Part shown: positions 54,201 through 62,710 of the stretch, piece by piece
How positions within the stretch are numbered: position 1 is the stretch's first letter
Layout of the letters: each line of letters starts with the position of its first letter
From: Paraspadella gotoi
Taxonomy: Eukaryota; Animalia; Chaetognatha
Reading direction: 5' to 3'
Length of the DNA stretch: 64,000 nucleotides
Assembly (NCBI GenBank): GCA_051294375.1
Contig: CM119271.1
Span: forward strand, 9,696,291 to 9,760,290
Program-made: the position numbers and the translations under genes
Notes under the pieces: model-generated
The model's database searches: none
What the model was told of the DNA's origin: nothing
The model's input: only the letters and a program-made list of their open reading frames with translations

Positions 54201-57200
54201 CCGGTTTTCATTCATCCTTTCACAGTTGTGCCCAAGAAAGCCAAGCTTTTCCCCACAACGACTGAAGCAGCTCAAGAGATGAGCGAACCAGTTTTCTTGA
54301 GTGCAGTGAGGCCTATAACTGATTGCAGTTATTTAAACAAGTATGCGCGCGACAGTTTGGCATCTGTTGTACCAGTCCTGACAGAGTATGTTTCAAAATT
54401 GAAATGCGATGCAATTAGATCTTTTGTCGACTTAACTTCATCTTTTCACCAGATTAATGTCTCGGCTAATATAGATGAAAATGGATTCTGTGCAAGAGAT
54501 TTATTTGGCATGCACTCTTATGTTACTGGATATCAATTCCTGCGATCACGCAAACTACTCATGGGATTTGCTAATGGGAGCTTTGTGGCAGGCAAGGTGT
54601 TTAAATCGATAGCGGATAGGATTGCAGCTGTGCCTGTTCGATCTTCCTTTGAGGAATTTGTAAGTGCAATCCCCTGGGTTGAAGAAGGCAAGCTTGTTGC
54701 AGACTTTGAGAGCATGAATGAGGACGTCGTGGAATCCTTCATTGACGATGTCTTCTTGCAGACTTTGAGAAATCTGCAATCATACAAGCTCAAGGAGTCA
54801 AGTTTCTATAAAAAACCAACAAACGACATGGAGGCATCCTACTACCTACACTTAAACATGATTCGAAAGTTGTTGTATAACTACTCCCGCTACAATCTTA
54901 TGATACAGCCAAGCAAGATTCATCTGTTGTGTACTGGATCATTTGAGTTGATGGGATTGCAGTTTAAACAGCTTAAAGAGATCAGCGATGTTGTCTGCAT
55001 GCCTGACAAGAAGCTACAAATCCTAAAGGAGTTTCCGAGACCAGACTCGGTAAGGAATTTGCAGAAATTTTTAGGTTTTTGCAATTTTTTTGCCATGTTG
55101 CTGCAAAACTCAAAGGTGCTGTTGTCACCACTTCTGAGGCTACTGCGCAAAGACTCGACCTACAAGTGGGAAGCAGTACATGAGACAGCTTTTGTTGAGA
55201 TCAAAAAGCGTCTATCACAGCAACTGCTGGCTGGCTTTGTCAAGATGCTTGACAAAAGACACGAGACGGAGCTTCTCTGTTATGTGGATTGGAGCAAAGA
55301 TGCAAATGCTGCATCTGCTGTAGTCTATGTGAAGGACTATCAAACAAAGGAAGTACAGTTAGCATATTTTTGGAGTCGTTTATTAAGTTCAACCTATGAT
55401 GACAAATCACCATATCTCTGCGAGGTTGCTGCAGTTGCTCTATTTTTGTTGTCCAACCGCATGCTGATCCTTGGGAGCATGATACACGTTTACACGGACA
55501 ACATGGTAGGTGCTTCTATACTGCGGAGAAAACTACAAGCGGTTGAATTTACAACAATCCCTATTCTACATCGTTTACTTGTCTCTATTTCTATGATCCC
55601 CTTCACTGTGAGTTATATCAACACGGAATCTAACCCAAGTGATTACCTAAGTCGGATCAAAACAGGTGAAAGACTAACCAACGAACAATTCTTAGAACGA
55701 GCCGTAAGCCCAACCGACTTTGATGTGCTTGACAAGAATATGTATGAGATAGCTCCTTCTGCTGAGGAATATCTCCAACGTCACTCCAAAAATGAAAACG
55801 CAATGATCAATATGGAATCCAAACAATGGAATCGAGCAAAATTGCGTGAAAACTACAAAGATTCACATTATTTCTCAGCAAGTACAGATGATGTTAAAGC
55901 TATCATGAGTGATAAATCACTTGAGGCTATTGAGGATCAACTTGTCATGAAGATTCAAGAAATATCCATAAGGAGAGATGAAAAAGTGATCAATGAGGCT
56001 TATTCAGATAAAATACTAAGTTGGTCAAAAACCCCTGAAAGCAACATCTCTTTTGAGGTTTTGGATCACAAGTTAAAAGGCTTTGCGGTTGAAAATCTCT
56101 ATGATGATGACATTGAGGATACTCTCGTCAATAACTACCACTACACAAGCAATAAATCCGATATGATTCATTTTCTGATTGGATCGTCAAAACTGTGTGA
56201 GTTTGATGACAGTTTTCAACACAAAACTCGTCTTGAAACGATTTACATGTCGACAAGGCCCGACCTTTACATGCACATCTTGTCAACTGGAGATGGACTG
56301 GTTGATCAAGATATTTTGTCATCAAGACAACTCATGGCTTATCACTTTCAAGAAATGCATGTATTGACAGAAATTCTACAGGAAAAGGAGATTGATACTG
56401 ATCCACCACCACTGTTCAACTCTGTTGATGACCTTAGGAAGTGTGTGGCTGATTTGAAACTTGCGCCAATCTCCGACGGAAAGTTAAAATACATGAAAGA
56501 GGTACAAAACCGTAATCAAGCCATCAGCACAATGCTTAAAGAAATGAAAGGAGAAAAAGTTGATATGGATTTTACAAATTACCTTAAACGCATGGACAAA
56601 TTGTATTGGCACCTGATCCATAATAAGTCACTATTATTCGTCAAAGACGATCTTCTTTTCCAACTGCGTTTCCCGAAAGTGGGTGAAGTGCAAAATTTTC
56701 AACTGATTTTGCCTGAATGTGATGCTGAACGCAAAATAATTTCCATGCATTCACAGACACACTTTGGCATTGCATTCACCTATGCAATGTTTTGCAAGAA
56801 CTACTTCACCCTAAGAGCTTACAAAAAATGCTACAAGGCCGTTACATCATGTCCATTGTGTAATCAGATGAAGACAAAGAGGAAAATTGAAGAATTTTCT
56901 TGGAATACGCAAATTATCTGGAACACGTGGAACATCGATCATAAAGGACCAGTAAGCGGTGGAGCAAACGCAGCACCTTATTACATTTTATGTGCTGTTG
57001 AGCAAAATCTACGTCTGGTTGTCTTTGCTGTGGCAAAAGACACATCAGCCAAAACCACTGCCAAGTTACTCTTTGAAAGAGTACTGGCATTTTATGGCGG
57101 CTCAACAGAATTTGTATCTGATCGTGGAGCAGGTTTTGTTTCAGAGCTTGCAAAATGGTTGTTCACACTGGGTAGTCAGCGACACCGTGTGACAAGCAGC

Positions 57201-58085
57201 TACAGACCTTGTGCAAATTCAGCCGAAAACTTTGCAGTGAGAAAACTGAGCACGTCAATGAAATTTTTGCTCTTCAACAAAAATCCCTCTGAACTGAGAG
57301 AAAACCTGTCTTTTCTTCAATTTATGTTGAATGGGTCGTGCTTACACCCAATCACTGGAGAAACGCCTTTTGAGACGCTTTTCTCTCGGGAAGCCTCATA
57401 TTTTCATCCTCTGCTGGTTAAGAATGAAACCATACCCATCACTAAGTTCTTGCAAGACAGAGTGGAAAAAATGAGAAAAATAATTTCAGTTCTCCGTGAG
57501 AAATATGATGTTTACTATTCAGAGAGAGTCTCAGCGTTTAGAACAGTAAACTCAGAAAATTTTCAAGAAGGAGAAAATGTCTGGATAAAAATTTTTGCAG
57601 CTAAGAAACATTTGAAATACTTAAAATCAGTCTTGCCTCGTTACCGTTTGGCAAAAATCATCAAAATAGTCTCACCTGTCTCGCTGACGCTTGAAGAGTT
57701 GTCCACCGGAAGGCTTGTCTCACGACACATTGTGGATGTTTTTAAAATGGCGCCAACGTCGTCATTTGGAAATGTTTTCACTGACACGAAGACCGCCCGC
57801 GTTCGCGAAATGGAAGATTTTGAGGGTGATGACGATTTTAGCAATAAAAAACTTGAGGAACTCGGTGACCGAAGTGGAAATGTAGCGGAGGCGGGTCTGG
57901 AAAACCTTAAAATGGCGAACCCGGACCCAGAGAACGATCGGAGAGCAGACGATTTGAATGATAAACCGCGATCCTCCTCTCGGAGATCGGAAAGAACGAA
58001 GTCTCACTCAAAAACAAAAGACGGCGAAAAAACTGAACGTAGGTACAACTTACGAGCGAGAAATGGAGTTAATTATAAAGAATAG
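48222..58085 (+). CDS. Giant single-ORF Ty3/Gypsy-type Gag-Pol polyprotein (3287 aa) with ZZ-type zinc finger and long N-terminal extension
   Basis: Domain order: ZZ-like finger (aa ~1020-1067); capsid-like FPKYNG...QRIDGESINSFGLRV (from aa ~1218); Zn knuckles CYNCGG..H..C and CWACKGMGHFGRVC; protease LVDTGAS (D at aa 1596); RT (VPKK, RPITDCSYLN, FVDLTSSFHQI, LLMGFANG, FIDD at aa 2173, LQKFLGFCNFF); RNase H (YVDWS, VYTDN, NPSDYLSR); integrase (HSQTHFG..CPLC, WNIDHKGP, SDRGAGF, NSAEN); C-terminal RYNLR. PR-RT-RH-IN order is Gypsy-type. Confidence 0.95.
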   Translation: MDSETGSENNGGDARCITEIDAGGAASADAIVGGGGESASAAGSSAGGRGRLAEITEESSESGDDESGDDENGGVAGAEAPSSTGERLETESVPKKKGWFSRFFKRANKQHQPTNVIKVRGGVELAALDEIFVFKTETNYCLRDFCGRKCAILPIGGYTKKDCQPIKGYFDYFTVENFERENFLKSKLGDVATEKDGAGNYWIFGLKNYVFVKSCTKCKTGVCTIDHHFLALVQDLFDHRDEHGPIGIADLDLGHFTRKKRVRLNPDLEMQPVSDGLTPTNTNRLDEKFECLTAVAACGEWARPYVLAQGSIDAEVCRFVCENLFPNGEVKGDNKNGFVYNTTPTLPSNILSYFVHVSYEINQDPLYALNHLLKHSYPRDMGVENGTRLFAFLLYSTWINLLINRNKELDSLFRSDMLQEFSLHEFGLTKELLTPIGIYSQLIRKIVEDRIHNRCELLRNDLETGKINNSDLVFDECSGRFLQHGEPISIVELVNHVDFPAMGENQLSVKGVFFHDFAQLLESLGDENLQKRNIDADVTVKLVQLSSEADLEWFEHKDALTNVMKSPMLKLEEARVKPLVRVEHELEDPVLAPPAAFQDRDAISPSRRMAARFSIYEDETTHGRVSTSPMQRRKNRPLSEKNEKPVEADLFLLGGKIIKVSPPSSPRGNGRGYERRRRRQASRVLPMDYSGDEDDQMGVLWEEKLLPARKDCAEPKVMDAVNQSADEDHDAIEFAARTEPKSKKKKIKITNCPQCKVFGVIECLGELVHEDISPVTDDGNDSEKPFRHTINTIFDLDDLQKGRVTRPKEKTRKSDKTVVGGVLKRRDPRTSTPANGLDDDPAYSTLLSVIRRKQLEDEKAKDQRKDSDSDSDEFGHTKYPNDDMDLETRSMPRRQRHKSRSPDKAFEDFIKNNRKLQRVQFEEEDKIHKKITQNSNLVTADYTVPKRPFFDPSRKGKLSDAEKNYFFDSSIRLGQGSQDLGNPNPQDLQMEDGEQIELRMRRHAHAMDYKALHGRKAVTCKKGHDLVARGELDHSKHWICDECNDDHPAIVMRYGCVLCDFDLCINCAEKRKSLGKNDTDSMSSLARRLGGMKIADKSCSKRGGQERGETRRRLSKNRDSDEEECKDFDKRPDFKPSWSRRDGREDRNSDDRDRDGGDRKPDLRLGSRDHDDYDRDGDGEDYDGPGKPYIDRRSRRMEYQHRSPQDSLSFRLKLVGPFPKYNGPPEDFRRWFDFLNSTVRYLRLKEDDKRMYLINHIGGTDRRNKVMDEMREYNNLSFEEVGVRLSLMFGSKSRETIMAEAESIQRIDGESINSFGLRVKEAVTAFYLSFPEGENQLGSEMYERLALQYFTRGLRSKYLARIYILKEAKSIKEAIILIQNRMAQEMRLNPELKDDISTSKDKGQFKDYNTGKFFVNAIGDHFQSGELDQYGNVFMPQSEINHIGGHGQRTSTGNSCYNCGGRIHSHGEECPAKNAQCWACKGMGHFGRVCKRGVTPAQVIRSEKVSRQKYNEKKTINAIEDGAVPIGSSSEESGSDDEEEEVYVIKKRDGKFRFKNRKRVNVIQEEQVNAVSNLPFLHAGMVDRDGKSCTAKILVDTGASVSLVHKDFLDRGRLLCDTIEYTAVISGFAGQPVSTNQKVKLKLDLPQAGLTEELQFVLYHGKLGYDAILGFDMQRILDLTIVHKPKLSFMYKQVPVQVNSFADPIQLEQEVHVVQTAKKGKRNAKRNPEKAKENPEKDIEEALNCSKTLSEVTLLKNDIFFMPIGNVGIIPGLYKLSLNTEWHMRGLRLVEEEIAFVPKNTRSEEVRAILSLKFIGNKNNRLSIPLDAPLGKLTPIKQQEEIKSEQPKTPKVEVLNGLEVREKLNADQDTIYVYPKKAVVTKEQAEGVKTAQQRRKKLWTRAQFIEKTESWLNQVPEKFRDDLLDIMEEFSEVFLHDMDDLKEGVLGWELAAEFPGNLHWASRYKGASPTVRLICKRSQEILVRCGIFEPAENPVFIHPFTVVPKKAKLFPTTTEAAQEMSEPVFLSAVRPITDCSYLNKYARDSLASVVPVLTEYVSKLKCDAIRSFVDLTSSFHQINVSANIDENGFCARDLFGMHSYVTGYQFLRSRKLLMGFANGSFVAGKVFKSIADRIAAVPVRSSFEEFVSAIPWVEEGKLVADFESMNEDVVESFIDDVFLQTLRNLQSYKLKESSFYKKPTNDMEASYYLHLNMIRKLLYNYSRYNLMIQPSKIHLLCTGSFELMGLQFKQLKEISDVVCMPDKKLQILKEFPRPDSVRNLQKFLGFCNFFAMLLQNSKVLLSPLLRLLRKDSTYKWEAVHETAFVEIKKRLSQQLLAGFVKMLDKRHETELLCYVDWSKDANAASAVVYVKDYQTKEVQLAYFWSRLLSSTYDDKSPYLCEVAAVALFLLSNRMLILGSMIHVYTDNMVGASILRRKLQAVEFTTIPILHRLLVSISMIPFTVSYINTESNPSDYLSRIKTGERLTNEQFLERAVSPTDFDVLDKNMYEIAPSAEEYLQRHSKNENAMINMESKQWNRAKLRENYKDSHYFSASTDDVKAIMSDKSLEAIEDQLVMKIQEISIRRDEKVINEAYSDKILSWSKTPESNISFEVLDHKLKGFAVENLYDDDIEDTLVNNYHYTSNKSDMIHFLIGSSKLCEFDDSFQHKTRLETIYMSTRPDLYMHILSTGDGLVDQDILSSRQLMAYHFQEMHVLTEILQEKEIDTDPPPLFNSVDDLRKCVADLKLAPISDGKLKYMKEVQNRNQAISTMLKEMKGEKVDMDFTNYLKRMDKLYWHLIHNKSLLFVKDDLLFQLRFPKVGEVQNFQLILPECDAERKIISMHSQTHFGIAFTYAMFCKNYFTLRAYKKCYKAVTSCPLCNQMKTKRKIEEFSWNTQIIWNTWNIDHKGPVSGGANAAPYYILCAVEQNLRLVVFAVAKDTSAKTTAKLLFERVLAFYGGSTEFVSDRGAGFVSELAKWLFTLGSQRHRVTSSYRPCANSAENFAVRKLSTSMKFLLFNKNPSELRENLSFLQFMLNGSCLHPITGETPFETLFSREASYFHPLLVKNETIPITKFLQDRVEKMRKIISVLREKYDVYYSERVSAFRTVNSENFQEGENVWIKIFAAKKHLKYLKSVLPRYRLAKIIKIVSPVSLTLEELSTGRLVSRHIVDVFKMAPTSSFGNVFTDTKTARVREMEDFEGDDDFSNKKLEELGDRSGNVAEAGLENLKMANPDPENDRRADDLNDKPRSSSRRSERTKSHSKTKDGEKTERRYNLRARNGVNYKE

Positions 58086-58501
58086 TTCTGCCCATATTCT
58101 TCTTCTAATTATGTTGATACTGTTTAAAATTCTATTTATTTAAATTTATTAAATTTATTTCAACTTTTTTCCCTGAAAAATATATTTAAAAGAATTTCAA
58201 AGAATTAAATTTATTTCAAATCTTTACTCTGGAAAAAATTTTTTTTCTCTCTTCCATTCTTAAATTTTAAACCTTTTTATTAAAATCTTTTTTCCTTTCT
58301 AAATTTCTAATTATTTAATTCTTTTCCTTTTCATATTGCTTACTCTCTTTCTTCTTTATTTTTCTTGTTTTATTGTTTGCAGAAGCTTCTTGGAGATTGT
58401 CTCTGAATACGTTCTTACGTTGTATGTTATCGCTCACTTTTAAGACAAACTTTTTAACACTTAAAACTTTGCCTGGGGGCCATGGGTATCCATACTCACG
58501 T

Positions 58502-59335
58502 CGCCATTTGTCGTTGTTCGTGCGTCGGTCGTTGTCGGCGAAAATTTGATCTGTGACTTTTCAGGAAGCAAACTTTATTATTACTTCCAGACCTTACAGG
58601 TGACGTCACTGAGCAAGACTCTCACAGGCTCGTTCTGGCAAGATTGCCCTTTTCGTCAAACTCGTGAATTCGTATACTGGCAGATAGTAAATCTCAGCAC
58701 TCGCTCATCTCAATGCTCACCTGGCGACAATGTTGGCTCGTGTAGTTGCTTGTATTTACTCAGGTTTGATAGTATCATTGTGTGCAATAAGATCCGTTTA
58801 ATCAGATTACGTTATTTGTTAGTATAAGAAATAATCCACCGGCCGTTCAGCCTCGTTATCCAGCAGATTTAAAGTAAGATTTAGACGTTTTTTCTAGTTT
58901 TGCTAGGGGCAATTTTCCCCTCTCTCATGATCATCGGGTCGTTTTGGTAAGGACAACCAGAAAGTCAGAAATAACTGGCGCTTTACATCCAATGAAATAA
59001 GGAGCTGTCCGTTCCAGCCACTCCCAATGCCTGACCATGGGACATCGACAGCTCGACAACCAGTTCCAGGCAAATGTCGCACCTGCCCATGCAAGACCTT
59101 GCAAGCGAGGCCCAAAATGCCAAGTAGATGGTGGCCTGTGAACGAGGGAGATATTTCTTAACTACAAATAATCAACTGTTAAAATTTATTGCTACACATA
59201 ATATCAACTGAAACAACAACAAGAGATTGGCGCTGACGTGGTCACAAGTCGGATAAAAATAGTTTTGCTTCTGTAAGTCACATGATCAGCAATTTTTCGC
59301 GACAACGACGAGACGACAACGACAAATGGAAATGA
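58502..59335. repeat. Imperfect inner hairpin (arms ~58502-58855 and ~59135-59335)
   Basis: CCATTTGTCGTTGT..GTCGTTGTCG.CGAAAA..GTGACTT..GAAGCAAA pairs with TTTGCTTC..AAGTCAC..TTTTCGCGACAACGAC..ACAACGACAAATGG. Similarity continues to ...TAAGAAATA. Confidence 0.75.
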
Positions 59336-59839
59336 AAAATAGAAGAATAAAAAGCAAGAGAACAGATCCCTGTCCTTACGACCTGGCCCCCAGGACTTTA
59401 TTCCCGTTAATTTCCCTTTTGTTTCGTTTAACCGCGATGGAAAGTTGACTGCAACTTAGATTAGAATTATTTTTGAGTGAAAGGTCAACCTGGCTCCAAT
59501 TAGGTCAAACCGGTTTTATCTTATTTGAGCGAGCTCTGACCGCTGTTGTCTGGATCATCCAAACATCCAGCTTCCGCGGGGAAAAGGTGAAAAGAGGTGT
59601 GGACTTAAACTGGTCACTGCCAGCAAAAAGACCTGCGAGCCACTCCAAGCTCTTTTGGCTTCCTCACGGCCTGCAAACCGTTCACCGCTGCGCTCACAAC
59701 AAAAACCTGCAAACCGCTTCCTGCTAAGTTCACCCAGTTTTCAGTTGTAGGACCACGGATCCAAAGACGTTCCACAGCCTGATTTATCGCCAATTCGCAA
59801 TTCCTAGTGGAACTCACCCAGCCATCTAAACATTTTAAT

Positions 59840-60010
59840 TTTTGCGTTTTTATGAAAACTCGTTTTCCGAGTACGCTAAACTCGAGGCGATTTTTGTAGA
59901 TCGCCGAACTCTTGTCGGTTTTTGCGATTTTATGAAAACTCCGTTTTCCGAGTTCGCCCAACTCGAGGCGATTTTTGTAGACCGCCAAACTCTTTTGCAT
60001 TTTGAAACTA
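59840..60010 (+). repeat. Two tandem ~80-bp repeats
   Basis: TTTTGCG.TTTTATGAAAACT(C)CGTTTTCCGAGT.CGC..AACTCGAGGCGATTTTTGTAGA.CGCC.AACTCTT occurs twice. Confidence 0.85.
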
Positions 60011-60232
60011 TGGTTATCCCTACTGCCACACTTAAACACCTCAGATATCAGAAGACGGGCGTCCAATCCGTGCACCCTGCCCAGGGCTTACAAACCCAAC
60101 TCAGCTCATACACCTGCATGTCTCCCGCACCTGCATACATGGCAATGCACACCCAGTGAAGGACAACACCAAGTTACAGCATGACTGAGCCGCTTCCGAA
60201 TCTGCCCCTAGAAAGCTTTTTGATTTTCTGTT

Positions 60233-62710
60233 CCAGAGTTAAAAATGACAATACGTCGTCGACGCAAAGCACGCGTCTCCGCCACCGCTTACGGGGCAGA
60301 CCGCCGCCAAGGCCGCCGCCAACTTCGCGGCCTCATATCGCCGCCACAATGGATCGGCCCACCGGGTCCGATCGCGGGTGGGGGTGGAGACAACCACCTT
60401 AAAAAATCATACGACGAGCAAAACGCTCGCCAACGCGCCTTCCAGGGCCCATGACGACGAGAGCGAACCTTCACTCGTGGCTTTACCGCCGGCAGTCGTC
60501 CTCGCCCTCACCGTCGCCTCACTATTGGCCTCATCTTCCGAATGAGTAGGTTTTCACAATCTTGTCCAGAGTTAATTCTTTCAAGACTTCAACTTTTAAT
60601 TCAACATTAAATCAAAAGAAAAGTTCAAAAATATTTGGAAAAAACAGTTCAGAAAATCCTCAAACGTCGGCGCCGCCAACGCCAATTTCGCCGCGTTGCG
60701 GGCAGCCAATGCAGATGCAGGAGTCGAGGCAGCAGCGCAGACCCACAGCACGGTCTGTCCGCCGTCGCCGGCGACCAGGTTCCGCGCACCAACCGTTGTT
60801 TCGCCGCGCCGTCTCCGCCGTCGACTCCACCGCCGTCGATCACTGGCGATGTAGGTCTCACAGAATTACAATCCATTATCAAGAGATATTTTTATTTCAC
60901 AAAATAATATTTTCCATAACAATAATCCCTTTTTAGAGCTGCATCTTCAGCGCGTCGAATGCGACGCCGCCGCTGACGCGTCGGACGACAACAACGTCGA
61001 CATCACGCTGCTTAAGTTTAGATAGTATTAAGTGAATTTAGCGTGTTTCGAAATGGTAGATTAGTTTAAATCGTTTGTTTACATGCTCCAAAGCATGTAA
61101 TATTTAGATAGTTATATTTCGTTGCATGTTATTCAACATGCATTTATTTAGATAGCATATCAAATTTGTTTACATGATTAACATGTTAATAGATCAGTTC
61201 GCTCGTCAGTCAAGTCTAATTTTAGTTTTAAATTTAAGTTACCAAGGTTCTAATTCAAGTTTAAATTCAAGTTTAAATTTAAGTTCGAGTTCAAATATCA
61301 ACTTAATTTATTTTGAGTTTAAGTTTTTCTAAGGGTAATTATTTTAAATAATTAAATAAGTTTAAATTTAAGTTTTAAAGTAAAAGATTTTTAGGTTTTG
61401 AAAAAGTTAAAGTCCGCAGNNNNNNNNNNNNNNNNNNNNNNNNNNNNNNNNNNNNNNNNNNNNNNNNNNNNNNNNNNNNNNNNNNNNNNNNNNNNNNNNN
61501 NNNNNNNNNNNNNNNNNNNCCAGAGTTAAAAATGACAATAACGTCGTCGACGCAAAGCATGCGTCTCCGCCACCACTTGCGGGGCAGACCGCCGCCAACG
61601 CCGCCGCCAACGCGGCTCATATCGCCGCAACAATGGATCGGCCCACCGGGTCCGAATCGCGGGTGGGGGTGGAGACAACCACCTTAAAAAATCACTACGA
61701 CGAGCACGCTCCGCCAACGCGCCTTCCAGGGCCCATGACGACGAGAGACGACACCTTCACTCGTGGCTTTTCCGCCGGAGTCGTCCTCGGCCTCACCGTC
61801 GCCCTCCACATTGGCCTCATCTTCCGAATGAGTAGGTTTTCACAATCTTGTCCAAAGTAATTCCATTTCAGACTAACTTTTAAATTCAACATTAAATCAA
61901 AGAAAAATTTTAAAATATTTTTGAAAAAAACAGTTCAGAAAATCCTCAGACGTCGGCGCCGCCAACGCCAATTTCGCCGCGTTGCGGGCAGCCAATGCAG
62001 CTGCAGGAGTCGAGGCAGCACGGCGCAGACCCGCAGCACCGTCTGTCCGCCATCGCCGGGCGACCAGGTTACGGCGCCACCCTTGGTTTCGCCGCCGCCG
62101 TCTCCGCCGTCGACTCCACCGCCGTCAATCACTGGCGATGTAGGTCTCACAGAATTACAATCCATTATCAAGAGATATTTTTATTTCACAAAATAATATT
62201 TTCCATAAACAATAATCCCCTTTTAGAGCTGCAATCTTCAGCGCGTCGAATGCGACGCCGCCGCTGACGCGTCGGACGACAACAATGTCGACATCCACGC
62301 TGCTTAGTTTAGATAGTATCAAGTGAATTTAGCCTGTTTCGAAATTGGTAGATTAGTTTAAATCGTTTGTTTACATGCTCCAAAGCATGTAAATATTTAG
62401 ATAGTTTATATTTCGTTTGTATGTTATTCAACATGCATTTATTTAGATAGCATATTAAATTTGTTTACATGATTAACATGTAATAGATCAGTTCGTCTCG
62501 TCAGTCAAGAGTCTTAATTTTAATTAAAATTCAAGTTTACCAAGGTTTTTAATTCAAGTTTAAATTCAAGTTTAAATTTAAGTTCGAGTATAAACTTAAT
62601 TTATTTTTAAGTTTAAGTTTTTCTAAGGGTAATTATTTTAAATAATTAAATAAGTTTAAATTTAAGTTTTAAAGTAAAAGATTCTTAGGTTTTGAAGAAG
62701 TAAAGTCGCG
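60233..62710 (+). repeat. ~1.2-kb tandem duplication (60233-61419 and 61521-62710) separated by an N gap
   Basis: Both units start CAGAGTTAAAAATGACAATA and end AAAGTAAAAGATT.TTAGGTTTTGAA.AAG..AAAGTC. Confidence 0.9.
61633..62307 (+). CDS. Spliced small single-pass membrane protein (~161 aa) with Arg-rich juxtamembrane motif and Pro-rich tail; noisier copy at ~60350-61020
   Basis: Exons 61633-61831, 61934-62139 and 62227-62307, joined by GTAGGT..AG introns, stay in frame (199+206+81 nt): ...FSAGVVLGLTVALHIGLIFRM/IQKILRRRRRQRQFRR...PPSPPSTPPPSITGD/SCNLQRVECDAAADASDDNNVDIHAA*. Exons are GC-rich, introns AT-rich. Confidence 0.6.

Noticed and set aside
48173-58007. Numerous short antisense and alternate-frame ORFs overlapping the polyprotein
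   Set aside because: Shadow ORFs with no recognisable motifs.
59840-60010. CRISPR-like repeat array
   Set aside because: Only two adjacent units, no unique spacers, no cas genes, and a eukaryotic context.
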